Assembly (NCBI GenBank): GCA_031283585.1 | Contig: JAITBP010000003.1 | Span: 70,845 to 134,844, forward strand | From: Puniceicoccales bacterium | GTDB lineage: Bacteria > Verrucomicrobiota > Verrucomicrobiia > Opitutales > LL51 | Length of the DNA stretch: 64,000 nucleotides | Direction: 5' to 3' | Part shown: positions 52,139 through 62,912 of the stretch, one piece after another | How the letters are laid out: each line of letters starts with the position of its first letter | How positions within the stretch are numbered: the stretch's first letter is position 1 | Made by a program: the position numbers and the translations under genes | The notes under the pieces: model-generated | The model's input: the letters and a program-made list of their open reading frames with translations, nothing else | Database searches by the model: none | What the model was told of the DNA's origin: nothing

Positions 52139-53368
52139 ATGTATTGGTATTTTTATTTAGCCCTTAGAAATTTATTTCCATTCAGGAAAATTGTTTCGTT
52201 TTTTTCCCTGGTATCTGTGGTAGGTGTGGCGATTGGCGTGGCGGTGTTGATTGTGGTACAAAGTGTCATGAATGGCTTTAATAATCAAACAAAATCCAAT
52301 ATAATCAATACCCAGGGCGAGGTTCGAGTGGAATGTAGCTCGATGACTGGTGATTTAGAATTTCTTGAAAAATTTTTTACCAACGATGCTTCGGTATCAG
52401 CAGTTTCATCCTATGCAACGGGTGTGGTCATACTGCGTTATGAGGATCGGACTGCATTTCCATTGGTGAAAGGTGTTGATCTTGGAAAGGAATGCCAGGT
52501 CATGGCTCTCGAAAGATTTGTGAAATCAGGAAAAATCGATGAACTAGATGACGGGACGATTTTCCTGGGATCTGGTCTGGCTAGGTCGCTTGGATTGAGA
52601 GTTGGAGATATGGTAGATATTTATTCACCTCGAATGATTACAACCATTGGCAGCGACGATGTGCAATTACCACGAGAGGTTAGGGTTGGTTGTATTTTTG
52701 AAACCGGCGTGAATTATGTAGATAATGGTTCCGGAATATGTTCATTGCCTTTCATCCAGGATCTATGTGATCTTGGCAGTGGTATTCATGGTATGGTCAT
52801 AAAGTTGAACGTCAGAGAATCTATTGATGACTTTGTTCGCCGGATGAGATCTGTTTTGCCTAGTGCTGTAACCATATTCAGTTGGAAAGAGTTGAACAAA
52901 GATCTACTGTTTGTTTTACAGCTGGAAAAAACCATGATGTTTTTTACATTGATGTTCATATTATTGGTGGCATCGTTTTCTATTTCCAGCACATTGATGA
53001 CTTCTGTGGTAAGAAAAACCAAGGAGATAGGATTGCTCCGAGCCCTAGGTGCAACTAGATTTCAGATTACCATGTGTTTTTTTATCCAAGGGTTATTGAT
53101 AGGATGTTGCGGAACATTTTTAGGTTGCCTGTTTGCCTGGCTTGTTTTGCGATACAGGGACTTCATCGTCGATTTGATGGCAAAAATATTCAATTCTTCC
53201 TGGATGCTATCTAAATTTTCGAACTTTGTCTATCTGCCCGTGGCATGTTCCGGATACGAAATTACCATTATCGTTCTATTTTCAGTGTTTATATGTATGT
53301 TGGCCGGAGTATTTCCGGCCTGGAGGGCGATGCGCGTCCAACCAGCCATTGCGCTCAGAAATGAATGA
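52139..53368 (+). CDS. Lipoprotein-releasing system permease LolC/LolE (FtsX-like)
   Basis: It has an N-terminal TM, a periplasmic MacB-like domain, and a C-terminal FtsX 3-TM module (KEIGLLRALGATRFQI). Confidence 0.8.
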   Translation: MYWYFYLALRNLFPFRKIVSFFSLVSVVGVAIGVAVLIVVQSVMNGFNNQTKSNIINTQGEVRVECSSMTGDLEFLEKFFTNDASVSAVSSYATGVVILRYEDRTAFPLVKGVDLGKECQVMALERFVKSGKIDELDDGTIFLGSGLARSLGLRVGDMVDIYSPRMITTIGSDDVQLPREVRVGCIFETGVNYVDNGSGICSLPFIQDLCDLGSGIHGMVIKLNVRESIDDFVRRMRSVLPSAVTIFSWKELNKDLLFVLQLEKTMMFFTLMFILLVASFSISSTLMTSVVRKTKEIGLLRALGATRFQITMCFFIQGLLIGCCGTFLGCLFAWLVLRYRDFIVDLMAKIFNSSWMLSKFSNFVYLPVACSGYEITIIVLFSVFICMLAGVFPAWRAMRVQPAIALRNE

Positions 53369-53419
53369 AATTTTATAAAAACTTCTTGAGCTATATGTTC
53401 CACGGGTTAGGGTTTTGAC

Positions 53420-54403
53420 ATGATTGAAAAATACTCGAATGCCTTGGAACTACGTTCTTTGCCGGAAGGCAAAGCCGTTGTGTTTAAATCGGTTTTAGTG
53501 GTGAAAAAAATCGATGTTAGAAATGCGAAGAATGGCAGCGAATTTTTGAAAATCGAGGTCGGCGACAAAACTTCTAGCTTTAGTCTTACCTGCTTTGAGA
53601 GCTCAGTGGCATTTAGTCTGTTTCGTTGGTGTAATGCTGGTGCGATAGTTTTTCTGGAAGGGATGAGCCGGCATTATAACGGCACATTTAGTCCTGATAT
53701 TCTTTCGGTGAGAGAATTGACCGAAGAGGAAATAGTCGAAGGTGATTGGAGGAATCGGTTGACAATGGCTTCGGAGGAATCCGTGGAAAAGTTATCCGAA
53801 GAACTAAAAGATTATATCGCCTTGATTTTCAACGAGAAGCTCCGAAATACGGTGGTGGACGTATTGGATGAATTGGGCGACGCATTTGTCAATAGTGTGG
53901 CCGCTAAAACCATGCATCATGCCTACAAAAATGGCCTGCTCGAACATACGGTGCATGTAACCCGTAGCGGTATGGCTTTGTTAAAATTTTATGGTGATGT
54001 GCCCAGGGATTTGGCTCTGGCCGGAATGATACTCCATGATGTGGGCAAAGTCGCTGAGTATACCGGGGATACGGCCATCGAGCGTACAAAGGTTGGAATT
54101 CTTCAAGGTCATGTGATACTGGGCTATCGATTGGTCAGGCACTTCGGTGTCAAAAACGATTTGGATCCAGAATTATTAAGTAGATTGGAGCATATAATAC
54201 TTAGCCACCAGGGTAGACCGGAGTACGGTGCAGTGGTCATGCCATCTACGCCGGAGGCGGTTTTTGTGTCACTGGTTGATAATCTGGATGCCAAAATGGG
54301 AATGGTTAGCCATCTTCTACGCACTACACCGGTTACCCATACCTTCTCTGAAAAGTTTCCAGGCCTTGAGGCTCAGTTACTTATCGAACCCATTAGTCTA
54401 TGA
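53420..54403 (+). CDS. OB-fold + HD-domain 3'-5' exoribonuclease (YhaM-like)
   Basis: An N-terminal OB-like region (KNGSEFLKIEVGDKTSSFSL) is followed by an HD domain (GLLEHTVHV, ILHDVGK, ILSHQG). Confidence 0.7.
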   Translation: MIEKYSNALELRSLPEGKAVVFKSVLVVKKIDVRNAKNGSEFLKIEVGDKTSSFSLTCFESSVAFSLFRWCNAGAIVFLEGMSRHYNGTFSPDILSVRELTEEEIVEGDWRNRLTMASEESVEKLSEELKDYIALIFNEKLRNTVVDVLDELGDAFVNSVAAKTMHHAYKNGLLEHTVHVTRSGMALLKFYGDVPRDLALAGMILHDVGKVAEYTGDTAIERTKVGILQGHVILGYRLVRHFGVKNDLDPELLSRLEHIILSHQGRPEYGAVVMPSTPEAVFVSLVDNLDAKMGMVSHLLRTTPVTHTFSEKFPGLEAQLLIEPISL

Positions 54404-55037
54404 TATTTCTGATAAACAGAGATCGATGGGCCGGGGTTTGTCCCTGGGTTTTCAGGATGGCGATGTGCTGTTTTGTTCCATAGCCTTTGTGCCTGGCGAA
54501 TCCATAGGATGGGTATAGCCTATCTAGGTTTTCCATGTATTTATCACGCAATACCTTGGCTATTATTGATGCCATGGCAGTGGCCAGGCTTTTGCCATCG
54601 CCTTTTATAATCCCAATGTGGTTGAATCTAAGGGCCTTCAGTTTATTGCCATCCACAAGAATTAGGGCATTGGTTTTGTTCAGTTTCTCCAGGGCGCGTT
54701 GCATTGCAACCACCGTAGCTCCAAGGATGTTTAGATTTTCTATCTCCTTAACACTGGCACTGCCGACGGCCAAGGATAGGGCTCCCTGGCTCTTAGCTTC
54801 GGCTATGCTGGTAAACAGCTGTTCTCTTTTTTTTGGACTGATTTTTTTAGAATCATTTACATCGTTTAGCCAAGGGAATTTGGATAGATTTTTGTAAAAA
54901 ACCATGGGAAGCTTTACTGCGGCGGCGTAAACTGGTCCCGCCAGTGGTCCTCGACCGGCTTCATCCACACCAATGACTGCTTCATTATTTTGTATAATAT
55001 CTAGGTCAAATAGTCCCAATGGATTGTTCATTTTCAT
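54393..55037 (-). CDS. rnhB: Ribonuclease HII
   Basis: It has IGVDEAGRGPLAGPVYAAAV, DSKK and GYGT..H. Confidence 0.9.
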   Translation of the reverse strand: MKMNNPLGLFDLDIIQNNEAVIGVDEAGRGPLAGPVYAAAVKLPMVFYKNLSKFPWLNDVNDSKKISPKKREQLFTSIAEAKSQGALSLAVGSASVKEIENLNILGATVVAMQRALEKLNKTNALILVDGNKLKALRFNHIGIIKGDGKSLATAMASIIAKVLRDKYMENLDRLYPSYGFARHKGYGTKQHIAILKTQGQTPAHRSLFIRNIID

Positions 55038-55112
55038 AAAATTTCATTCAATTTGGTATTTCCAATTGATAGTTTTGCTGGATTTAATATCCTAGGCTAT
55101 TAATTTTTGCCT

Positions 55113-58100
55113 ATGGATCTAATTAACTCCCTTGGAATAAATGGAAATGAGAAATCACAAATTCTTAAAGATAAATCTCTTTTGGAATATGTAAATCTTA
55201 TGCTCCTGGCGATAGGGCAACCATGTTTTGGTAGTAAAGAAGATTGCTCAATAACGAAGATGGCTGCGCCATTATTGTCGATGGTCAATGAATTGCGCCT
55301 ACGACAACATGGCAACTATTGTCCTGCTGATCAACGAATTATAGCATTTTTAGATGAGTTTTTAAAGGACTTGCCGGTGGAAGAAAAACATGATTGGCTT
55401 CCCTGTTCAACATTTACCGTCGATCGCCATGGTATTTCAAGGGTTCTCTCGCTGCCACCGGATGCCGATGAGTTTCACTCAGAGTATATCTCTTCCTATC
55501 GGGTCCATCAGGGCATATTGCATAATCCCAGGATAGATAGGCGCACCACCAAGGGCGTGTTCCATATAGTGGAAGGAGGCCTAGAAGTCCCTGCGGATAA
55601 ATTAGCTGTACCGAAATTAGCCTTCTGTCGAATGCTAAAACACGCCTGTAATCCACCGAAGCAGTTACTGGAATTGCCATTCACAGCCACACAGCCTAAA
55701 AAAGCTTATACCTTTGTATCTGGCTATCTCAGGCCAATAGTATGCCCGAAGGTTCCTGGTTATTGCAATGAGATGTGGATGGAAGTAAGATTTTTTACAC
55801 CCGGTTCCCTGGTCAATTTTCTTGATATGGTCGAGAGCATTTTTGGCAGCGCTGGTTGCCCATTTCTGGCTGAAAATGATGCAGCTTTCATGCCAGATTC
55901 CTGGACGGGCCATACCGGTTGCATAATCGTTGCTCCTCATCTTACCCAGTTGACAAAAAAGGAACTTGGGCTGCCACATGTTTCGGAAGCCACTGATAGA
56001 CAAAAACGTGACGGTATGTGTTGGGAAAAAGCAGACGAATTATATCATGACGGGCAACCGTTCAAAATAATGGCGAGAACCAATGATGGTGTGGTGATTT
56101 CGATCATCGCTGATAGCTATAACGGCTATGGTAAAAAGGAAATAAAAACCCATATAAGCTATTCGGCAAATCTTATGGGGCTCTGTGAGGAAGAACATTC
56201 AGGTGGCGCAATTGCTTTTGCAAGGTACGATCTGGGTGATGACTTCTCGATGGATTATATAGAGCATTGTAATCAAACCATGCAGCGTTTTTTGAAAGAA
56301 TATGGCAATTTAGTCATATTAAAGGATGATGGTTATGCCGTCGACAGGAAGTTCAAGGATATAATATATGTACCAGAGGATGCCCATTTCTCGATGATGG
56401 ATCAAAAAATTTCTTGGTCGCTCAACGGCCACAAAAAGGCTATAAATCTTGTGCCAGGTTGTACTTATATATTACCCTGTGGCTATCAGATCGAATTGCT
56501 TAGACCAAAAGGTGGTGATGGTTGGCGAATGATCGGTACCCGGGGCGATGGCGTGTTTTGCCATAAACCGTCAACGGTGTCAGGCGGTGGTAAGTCAGAG
56601 ATTTCTAAATCTATTTCTGACAACATATTACTTGGGAGTGTTGTCAGCGTAGAATTTGATAAAGACTGCGATGCGGTCGATGATATCATAAGACATGACT
56701 ACAGCAACAGATATAAAATCAATAAAAAGGCGGATTTGCCTATTTTAGATAGAAGGCGTTCCCTGGGCTCGGTCATAAAGATGTTTACCCAGAATGAAGA
56801 GCATTCCAATGAACATAATTCTTGGCTGAGAACTATCCCTCCACATATAAAGGATCTGTTATATGTGTTGAAAGCACACTATCGTGATAGTTGGGGAACC
56901 GATTGGCGAAAGTATTTTTCGGTGGATTTTATAAATGGTACCAATGGCAATGAACTAAAGTATCTGAATAATAAATTGGTTGCCCACTACCTTAGGATTG
57001 GACTGATTGGTGATAAATACTGGAGGACGTTTACATTACGTCACGATTTTTACCCAGCCAAAAAAATACAGATGGAAGACGATATAACGGCCACAACGGT
57101 GGTTTCAACCAGTAAATTGGCTGGATTGAATAAGCCGTTCAAGTCGGTAAAATTTGTTGAAAACTGTGAATTCAGGTTATATCAAAGGCCAGACGATGCG
57201 ATTATACCAGGCTATGATAATGGTGCTGAATTGGATATGACATTGCCAGATACCTTTTTATGTAATTACCATCCGCTTACCAAATCTGAGGTGGCAGAGA
57301 TGGCCAAGGATAACATCGGGTTTTCCAAATACACCGAGCCGATGCAAAAGTTTCTGTTGAGTTTTTTGAATAGCGATGAGTCACCAAAGTATGTGGTATG
57401 TCCATCCAGATTAAGAAAGATGCCAGATGGTAAATTCAGTACAAATCCAAGATATCTTCAGACCAGGGAGGATATTCTAGATCCTAGAGCCATTCATATA
57501 ATGACCATGGGTGCACGGTTAGTCAACCAACTTACCAGTAATCAAAATGTGTATCATGCGGTGGATGTGGTCGTTGCCGGACGCAGGAATAATCCTCCAG
57601 AGAAAGGAATAAAACCTCTATGTGTTCACAGCCCATTGCACTACTTGGAGCTGCCAGAATTGTTCATGGAGTTTGCCTCAAATATGACCGGAAAGTCACC
57701 GTCAACTACCGGTGCTGGCTTGGAAGGAGTTATGACCAAGGGGCCGTTCAATTGTTTGAGCACAATAATAGATCTCAACAATACTTTGGTTAGTTTCCTT
57801 GTCACCGGCTATGCTGGTTTCATATCTTCAGCAGGTTGTATTGGTCCGAACTTTAGGATTGGCCACGATATATCCTATCTGATTCCTGAGATAGTGTGTC
57901 GAATGACAGCCATGGAGAGGGATCCGGCCTATCTTATAGAAAATGGATTTCTGGAAAGATGCAGCGACATGGTACATAGAGGTAAGACCATTGCTAGCAG
58001 TAGGCTAGGCTATCGCATAACAAAAAAATTTGTGTCGGCATTTTTAGGCAGGATATTATCGAGTCCGGATACGGTGATTTCCGACGAAATGCTAAAGCCA

Positions 58101-58553
58101 GAACTACAGGATATGAATGTTTTTGCCGATAGCATGGAAAATATAGTCAATGCTCATCAGCGGGCTGCAAGTATATTTTTTGAGGATGGATCTATAGCAA
58201 AGGCCTGCCCGCCGCTAAAAGCTCTGCTCCATATAATGGCCAGGGGAGACTACGAAGGAATGACATTGTCCTCACCGGAATTCAGGGCCATGTTTTCAAA
58301 TGAAAATATCCTAAACAGCGACTGGTATATCGAACGGCTTCGTGCTAGCAAAGAAGTAACTTTAAATCGCTATAAAAAATGCCTAAATTATATGAAGTCG
58401 TTTTGTGATGCTTACAATAACAGTTCGATTATAGGCTCTCTTGGCCTGGATGCGACGATAAAAAAAACAACCTCAACCGTTAATGCATTGTCCAGGGACA
58501 CGAAAGCCAGCCTGGCATTAGGTACAATAGGCGCCGATCCAGCGGTGCTTTAA
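55113..58553 (+). CDS. Very large conserved-looking cytosolic enzyme; tentatively PPi-type phosphoenolpyruvate carboxykinase-like
   Basis: The uninterrupted ORF is 1146 aa from ATG 55113 (1148 from TTG 55107) with no signal or TM. Its size matches the roughly 130-kDa PPi-PEPCK class, and it carries a P-loop-like VSGGGKSEISK. That it is a real CDS is near certain; the functional call is weak and made from memory of the family only. Confidence 0.4.
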   Translation: MDLINSLGINGNEKSQILKDKSLLEYVNLMLLAIGQPCFGSKEDCSITKMAAPLLSMVNELRLRQHGNYCPADQRIIAFLDEFLKDLPVEEKHDWLPCSTFTVDRHGISRVLSLPPDADEFHSEYISSYRVHQGILHNPRIDRRTTKGVFHIVEGGLEVPADKLAVPKLAFCRMLKHACNPPKQLLELPFTATQPKKAYTFVSGYLRPIVCPKVPGYCNEMWMEVRFFTPGSLVNFLDMVESIFGSAGCPFLAENDAAFMPDSWTGHTGCIIVAPHLTQLTKKELGLPHVSEATDRQKRDGMCWEKADELYHDGQPFKIMARTNDGVVISIIADSYNGYGKKEIKTHISYSANLMGLCEEEHSGGAIAFARYDLGDDFSMDYIEHCNQTMQRFLKEYGNLVILKDDGYAVDRKFKDIIYVPEDAHFSMMDQKISWSLNGHKKAINLVPGCTYILPCGYQIELLRPKGGDGWRMIGTRGDGVFCHKPSTVSGGGKSEISKSISDNILLGSVVSVEFDKDCDAVDDIIRHDYSNRYKINKKADLPILDRRRSLGSVIKMFTQNEEHSNEHNSWLRTIPPHIKDLLYVLKAHYRDSWGTDWRKYFSVDFINGTNGNELKYLNNKLVAHYLRIGLIGDKYWRTFTLRHDFYPAKKIQMEDDITATTVVSTSKLAGLNKPFKSVKFVENCEFRLYQRPDDAIIPGYDNGAELDMTLPDTFLCNYHPLTKSEVAEMAKDNIGFSKYTEPMQKFLLSFLNSDESPKYVVCPSRLRKMPDGKFSTNPRYLQTREDILDPRAIHIMTMGARLVNQLTSNQNVYHAVDVVVAGRRNNPPEKGIKPLCVHSPLHYLELPELFMEFASNMTGKSPSTTGAGLEGVMTKGPFNCLSTIIDLNNTLVSFLVTGYAGFISSAGCIGPNFRIGHDISYLIPEIVCRMTAMERDPAYLIENGFLERCSDMVHRGKTIASSRLGYRITKKFVSAFLGRILSSPDTVISDEMLKPELQDMNVFADSMENIVNAHQRAASIFFEDGSIAKACPPLKALLHIMARGDYEGMTLSSPEFRAMFSNENILNSDWYIERLRASKEVTLNRYKKCLNYMKSFCDAYNNSSIIGSLGLDATIKKTTSTVNALSRDTKASLALGTIGADPAVL

Positions 58554-58592
58554 CCTAAATACTTCCTAGGGCGTTGCTGATCTGGTTATCTA

Positions 58593-59177
58593 CTATAGGG
58601 TTCTATCGATCGAGATCATTATAGAATCTGGGATAACCCATTTATCCTGACCATCTTCTTTTATTTGTTTTGGGGCTGTCTTACTTTCCCATTGACCATC
58701 ATTGGTAATGTATAGGTACCTTAGCCCATTGCAGTTGTTTAGTATTTCCACTTCGGTGGGGGTATCAGAATCGGTGCTATTGGAGGTCTTATAATGAATG
58801 GATAATTTTTTATCATTTAGTACTAGCCAATACTCTACATGTTTAATATCGGTATGATTGGTGTCTGCAACAAACGGTTGATAGTTGCTATAGGCCTTCC
58901 AATGCAGATAGGTGGTGAGGTCGTTGCCAGTTGGCAAAGGTGAAAAATCCATTTCATATACAGATTCGAAGAGTGCTTTGAGTATTTCTTCGGTGATGAT
59001 TCTGTTTGCCGAATATTCTTTTTCTCTGTACAAATCCTGCTTTTTTTCTCGGCTCCACATGGTCATGAATGTTATTACTGTGGACGCACAGCCGGTAAGA
59101 ACTATAGCGCCTATGCTCAGTGCTAATAACATTTCCATTAAGGTGAATCCGCGAGATCTCCTCATAATTTTCGCCAT
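58593..59177 (-). CDS. Prepilin-type N-terminal cleavage/methylation domain protein (minor pseudopilin-like)
   Basis: The N-terminus is RGFTLMEMLLALSIGAIVL. The gene is AT-rich and stands alone. Confidence 0.65.
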   Translation of the reverse strand: MAKIMRRSRGFTLMEMLLALSIGAIVLTGCASTVITFMTMWSREKKQDLYREKEYSANRIITEEILKALFESVYEMDFSPLPTGNDLTTYLHWKAYSNYQPFVADTNHTDIKHVEYWLVLNDKKLSIHYKTSNSTDSDTPTEVEILNNCNGLRYLYITNDGQWESKTAPKQIKEDGQDKWVIPDSIMISIDRTL

Positions 59178-59297
59178 AGTTTAGGGATTGTATTGCCGAT
59201 GTCAAATGAATGAAATTGGATTATTTATTAAAAAGCCTTGACTGGCTAGGGTCATGATACTTAGATCTATATCTATTGTTATTGTAATAGATTAAAA

Positions 59298-59486
59298 ATG
59301 GCACAACCAAAAAGAAAACAGTCCAAGCAAAGAAGTCGTAAAAGGCGAGGAGCCAATAGGTTCGTTGTGCCGCAATTTTCCGTAGATAAATCCGCTGGAG
59401 GGTTGGTTAGACCTCATTACGTAAATCCTGAGACTGGTATTTATAGAGGCAGACAGGTTATTGATTTGGACGATGATGCTGAGTAG
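59298..59486 (+). CDS. rpmF: 50S ribosomal protein L32
   Basis: It has MAQPKRKQSKQRSRKRR and lies upstream of plsX-fabH as is conserved. Confidence 0.9.
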   Translation: MAQPKRKQSKQRSRKRRGANRFVVPQFSVDKSAGGLVRPHYVNPETGIYRGRQVIDLDDDAE

Positions 59487-59500
59487 TCCACAGTTTTCTG

Positions 59501-60538
59501 ATGTATAATCAACAAAGGTCTGTTGCCATTGATGTAATGGGATCTGATGCCGGGCCTGAAGAAATTCTTCAGGGTATTTTAATGGCTGTGGACAGCTATG
59601 CTGAGTTAGCCAACATCGTATTGGTTGGTGATAGTGAAATTATTACCAAATACATGGCCAAGTACAGGTGCGCCAGATCTGAAAAAATTTCTGTGGTTCA
59701 TGCCTCGGAGGTAATAGCCATGGACGAAAAACCATTGATTGCGCTTAAAACCAAGAAAGATTCATCTATGTTAAAAGCCATAGAGCTTGTAAAAAATGGC
59801 TCTGCTTCGGCCATGTTGAGCTGTGGCAACACTGGTAGTTTAATGGCAGGAAGTACGCTGAAGATAAGAATGAAGGATGGCGTTGATCGACCGGCCTTGG
59901 CATCGATTATACCTTCAATGGATGGCCGTTTTATACTAGTAGATGTGGGTGCTAACCCAAATTCCAGTGTTATCAATATGGCGCACAATGCCGTGCTTGC
60001 GTCAGTGTATTGTAAGTCTACGTTGAAAATTGAAAAGCCAAGGGTTTCGCTTTTGACCATAGGCACCGAGGAAGGAAAAGGTAATGATCTGACCCAATTG
60101 GCCCACGAAGTCCTCAAAAAAATGAATGGATTGATTTCCTATATTGGGTTAGTAGAAGGATTTCAACTTTTTGACAACTATGCCGATGTGGTTGTCTGTG
60201 ACGGGTTTGTTGGAAATATATTGCTGAAGGCTTTGGAAAGTGTCGCTTTTACATTGGCCAATGGCCTAAAACATGAGATTAAAAAAAATCCACTTCGAAT
60301 GTTTGGAGCTTTGTTGGCTAGTGGAGCATTTAGGGCTTTAAAGTCCAGGTTAAATCCAGAAAAATATGGTGCAGCTCCGTTGCTTGGTCTGAAAGGAATC
60401 GTCCTAAAAGCCCATGGATCAAGTAATAAGAATGCCATAAAAAATGCGGTTAAGATAGCTTCCGATCTTTCCATCAATGGCATAAACGAAATGGAGCTTG
60501 ATTTGATTGCCAAGACCAACGAGATTATCGGTCTCTAG
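59501..60538 (+). CDS. plsX: Phosphate acyltransferase PlsX
   Basis: It has IAIDVMGSD, CGNTGSLMA and VVCDGFVGNILLK. Confidence 0.9.
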   Translation: MYNQQRSVAIDVMGSDAGPEEILQGILMAVDSYAELANIVLVGDSEIITKYMAKYRCARSEKISVVHASEVIAMDEKPLIALKTKKDSSMLKAIELVKNGSASAMLSCGNTGSLMAGSTLKIRMKDGVDRPALASIIPSMDGRFILVDVGANPNSSVINMAHNAVLASVYCKSTLKIEKPRVSLLTIGTEEGKGNDLTQLAHEVLKKMNGLISYIGLVEGFQLFDNYADVVVCDGFVGNILLKALESVAFTLANGLKHEIKKNPLRMFGALLASGAFRALKSRLNPEKYGAAPLLGLKGIVLKAHGSSNKNAIKNAVKIASDLSINGINEMELDLIAKTNEIIGL

Positions 60539-60587
60539 GTTTTATTGCTTGTAAAAAAAAGATTGGCATCAATTATCGGCCTAGATT

Positions 60588-61574
60588 ATGCCTGAAGCTA
60601 TTTATATAAATGGGATTGGATCCTATCTCCCAGAAAAAATTTTGACTAACTACGACATTGCTAGGGTTGTTGACACTTCAAATCAGTGGATAGTTGAGCG
60701 CACAGGCATAGAATCTAGACACATTGCTGCCGAAGCGGAAATGACATCTCATATGGGCTTCATGGCTGCCAAGGCCGCATTGGTTGATGCGAACCTGACT
60801 CCGGCAGAAATAGATATGATAATACTGGCAACCATGGCTCCTGATATGCTGTGTCCCTCAACCGCTTGTATTGTGCAAAACCTCTTGGGTTGCAGTCAAA
60901 TACCAGTCATGGACATCAGCGCGGCCTGTTCGGGATTCCTGTACATTTTAGATGTGGCCTGTAGTTATTTGCTAAGCCACAAGAATTACAAAAATATTCT
61001 GATTATTGGTAGCGAGAAGCTATCATCGATGGTTGACTGGGAGGATAGGTCAACCTGTATTTTATTTGGGGACGGAGCCGGAGCTGCCGTGATAAGTAAA
61101 GGAGATTATCATGGGGTTATGGATGTGCTTATCGGTGCCGATGGCTCGGGTGCCTATATGTTGACTATACCAGCAGGTGGTTCAGCCAGACCAGCTTCCG
61201 AGATGACTGTCAAAAACAGAGAGCATTTTATAAGAATGGATGGTCAAGAGGTCTTTCGCAATGCCATAAAATATATGGGCGAGGCTATTGATATGGTTTT
61301 GAAGAGGAACAACCTAGCCATCGATGACATAGCCTGTGTGATCCCTCACCAGGCTAATATTAGGATAATAAATATGATCGCCGAACGGTCCAATATTGGC
61401 CAGGATAAGCTGTTTTGTAACATCGATCGTAGAGCAAACACCTCGGCGGCTTCTATACCCATAGCATTGGCCGAAGCTGCAAAGATTGGAAGGATTAGGT
61501 CCGGAGATCTGATTTTGCTTGTGGCGTTTGGCGCTGGAGTGACCTGGGGTGCATCTATTATAAAATGGAAGTAG
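60588..61574 (+). CDS. fabH: 3-oxoacyl-ACP synthase III
   Basis: It has WIVERTGI, the active-site Cys ISAACSGFLY, IPHQANIRI, GNTSAASIP and GFGAGVTWG-like AFGAGVTWGA. Confidence 0.9.
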   Translation: MPEAIYINGIGSYLPEKILTNYDIARVVDTSNQWIVERTGIESRHIAAEAEMTSHMGFMAAKAALVDANLTPAEIDMIILATMAPDMLCPSTACIVQNLLGCSQIPVMDISAACSGFLYILDVACSYLLSHKNYKNILIIGSEKLSSMVDWEDRSTCILFGDGAGAAVISKGDYHGVMDVLIGADGSGAYMLTIPAGGSARPASEMTVKNREHFIRMDGQEVFRNAIKYMGEAIDMVLKRNNLAIDDIACVIPHQANIRIINMIAERSNIGQDKLFCNIDRRANTSAASIPIALAEAAKIGRIRSGDLILLVAFGAGVTWGASIIKWK

Positions 61575-61637
61575 TTTTTGATTGAGAATATGTAATTGGT
61601 AATTTTACTGTGGGGCATTTAACCCTAGGACATTTGC

Positions 61638-62912
61638 ATGTTGAATAGACGTTTAGTTTTTTGTTATTTATCTCTTATATCTTGTGCTGTAGTTACTTCT
61701 TGTACAGTTCCCCGGGAAGCTACCCACCAGGGCAGTCGTAGAGCAAGGATACTTGCGAAGAACGCCTGGAGCCCTGATATGGTCATAAAAAAGTTTATGG
61801 AAGCTGAAGATCTTTACAGGCGAGGCGATCTTAAAGGGTCTCTAAAAATATGTGATAAAATTATAAAAAAACATAAGGATTCGCCAATCATTGCCGATGC
61901 ACTGTTTTTGAGTGGTGAAATTTATCTGGCTAGGCATCAATACAATGACGCCTCGGATGCGTTTAATGAAATAGTATTAAAGCATAATAATAGTCCACTT
62001 TTTGAAGCGGCAGTTGTAAATCAATTCGATATAGGCCGAGCGCTGCACAGAGGTGATAGGCCTCATTATTTTGGTGTAATCCCTGGGTTTAAGGATCGCA
62101 ATTCTGCTGTAAAATATTATGAGAAAGTCATTAACAATGCGCCATTCAGCAACTACGCCCAGGATGCACTTTTTAATATTTATAAACTACAAAGAAGGGC
62201 AAAAAAGTACGATTTAGCCTTTGTCGCTCTGGACAGACTAATAGACGAATATCCCACTTCAACTTTGTTGCCCAGGGCCTATCTGGAGCTTGCCGATATG
62301 TACGAGTCTTTGGGTAAGGGGCCTGACTATGACCAGGAAGCGGTTTCTCTTGCGTTGAATTATTACAAAGACTTTATAGTTCTGTTTCCGACCCACGAAA
62401 GTGTTGGTTTTGTAAAGGAACGCATCGATAAATTATCCGCAGAGCTTATAGAAACTAACCTTAATATCGGAGATTTTTACTATAATGCCAAACATAATCC
62501 GAAGGCTGCCTATATTATGTATAAAGCCGCCTCGGAAATTGATGGTGGCGATGACATTAAGAGCGAAGTACAGGCCAAGATGGATGGTCTTATTGCCGGG
62601 GTGCCACCGGCCAAGACACCGGTGGATTTCCTGTTTAAAAAATATAAGGGCCAGGATATAGCAGAGTGGGTCAATAATGGTTGTGTAGATGTTTCTAACA
62701 ATAATGTCATTCAAAAAGATATGACACAGATTGGCATTGAAGGGTCCGCAGAGCAATCCGGGTCAGCCGATGCAAGTAATGGATTTGAACAGACGCAACA
62801 TGATATAACTCAACCCATCGCAGCCGATGATGAGACGCCTTATACCGACGAGGTTGCCGAGGATGACTTCGAAGATAATGTGATGCCGAATGAGGATGAT
62901 CAAATAGACTGA
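61638..62912 (+). CDS. BamD-like TPR outer-membrane lipoprotein with a long acidic C-terminal extension
   Basis: It has a lipobox (VVTSC) and TPR-like repeats (YRRGDLKGSLKICDKII..., ADALFLSGEIYL, AQDALFNIYKL). Its roughly 130-aa C-terminal tail is rich in D/E. The call rests on architecture. Confidence 0.6.
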   Translation: MLNRRLVFCYLSLISCAVVTSCTVPREATHQGSRRARILAKNAWSPDMVIKKFMEAEDLYRRGDLKGSLKICDKIIKKHKDSPIIADALFLSGEIYLARHQYNDASDAFNEIVLKHNNSPLFEAAVVNQFDIGRALHRGDRPHYFGVIPGFKDRNSAVKYYEKVINNAPFSNYAQDALFNIYKLQRRAKKYDLAFVALDRLIDEYPTSTLLPRAYLELADMYESLGKGPDYDQEAVSLALNYYKDFIVLFPTHESVGFVKERIDKLSAELIETNLNIGDFYYNAKHNPKAAYIMYKAASEIDGGDDIKSEVQAKMDGLIAGVPPAKTPVDFLFKKYKGQDIAEWVNNGCVDVSNNNVIQKDMTQIGIEGSAEQSGSADASNGFEQTQHDITQPIAADDETPYTDEVAEDDFEDNVMPNEDDQID

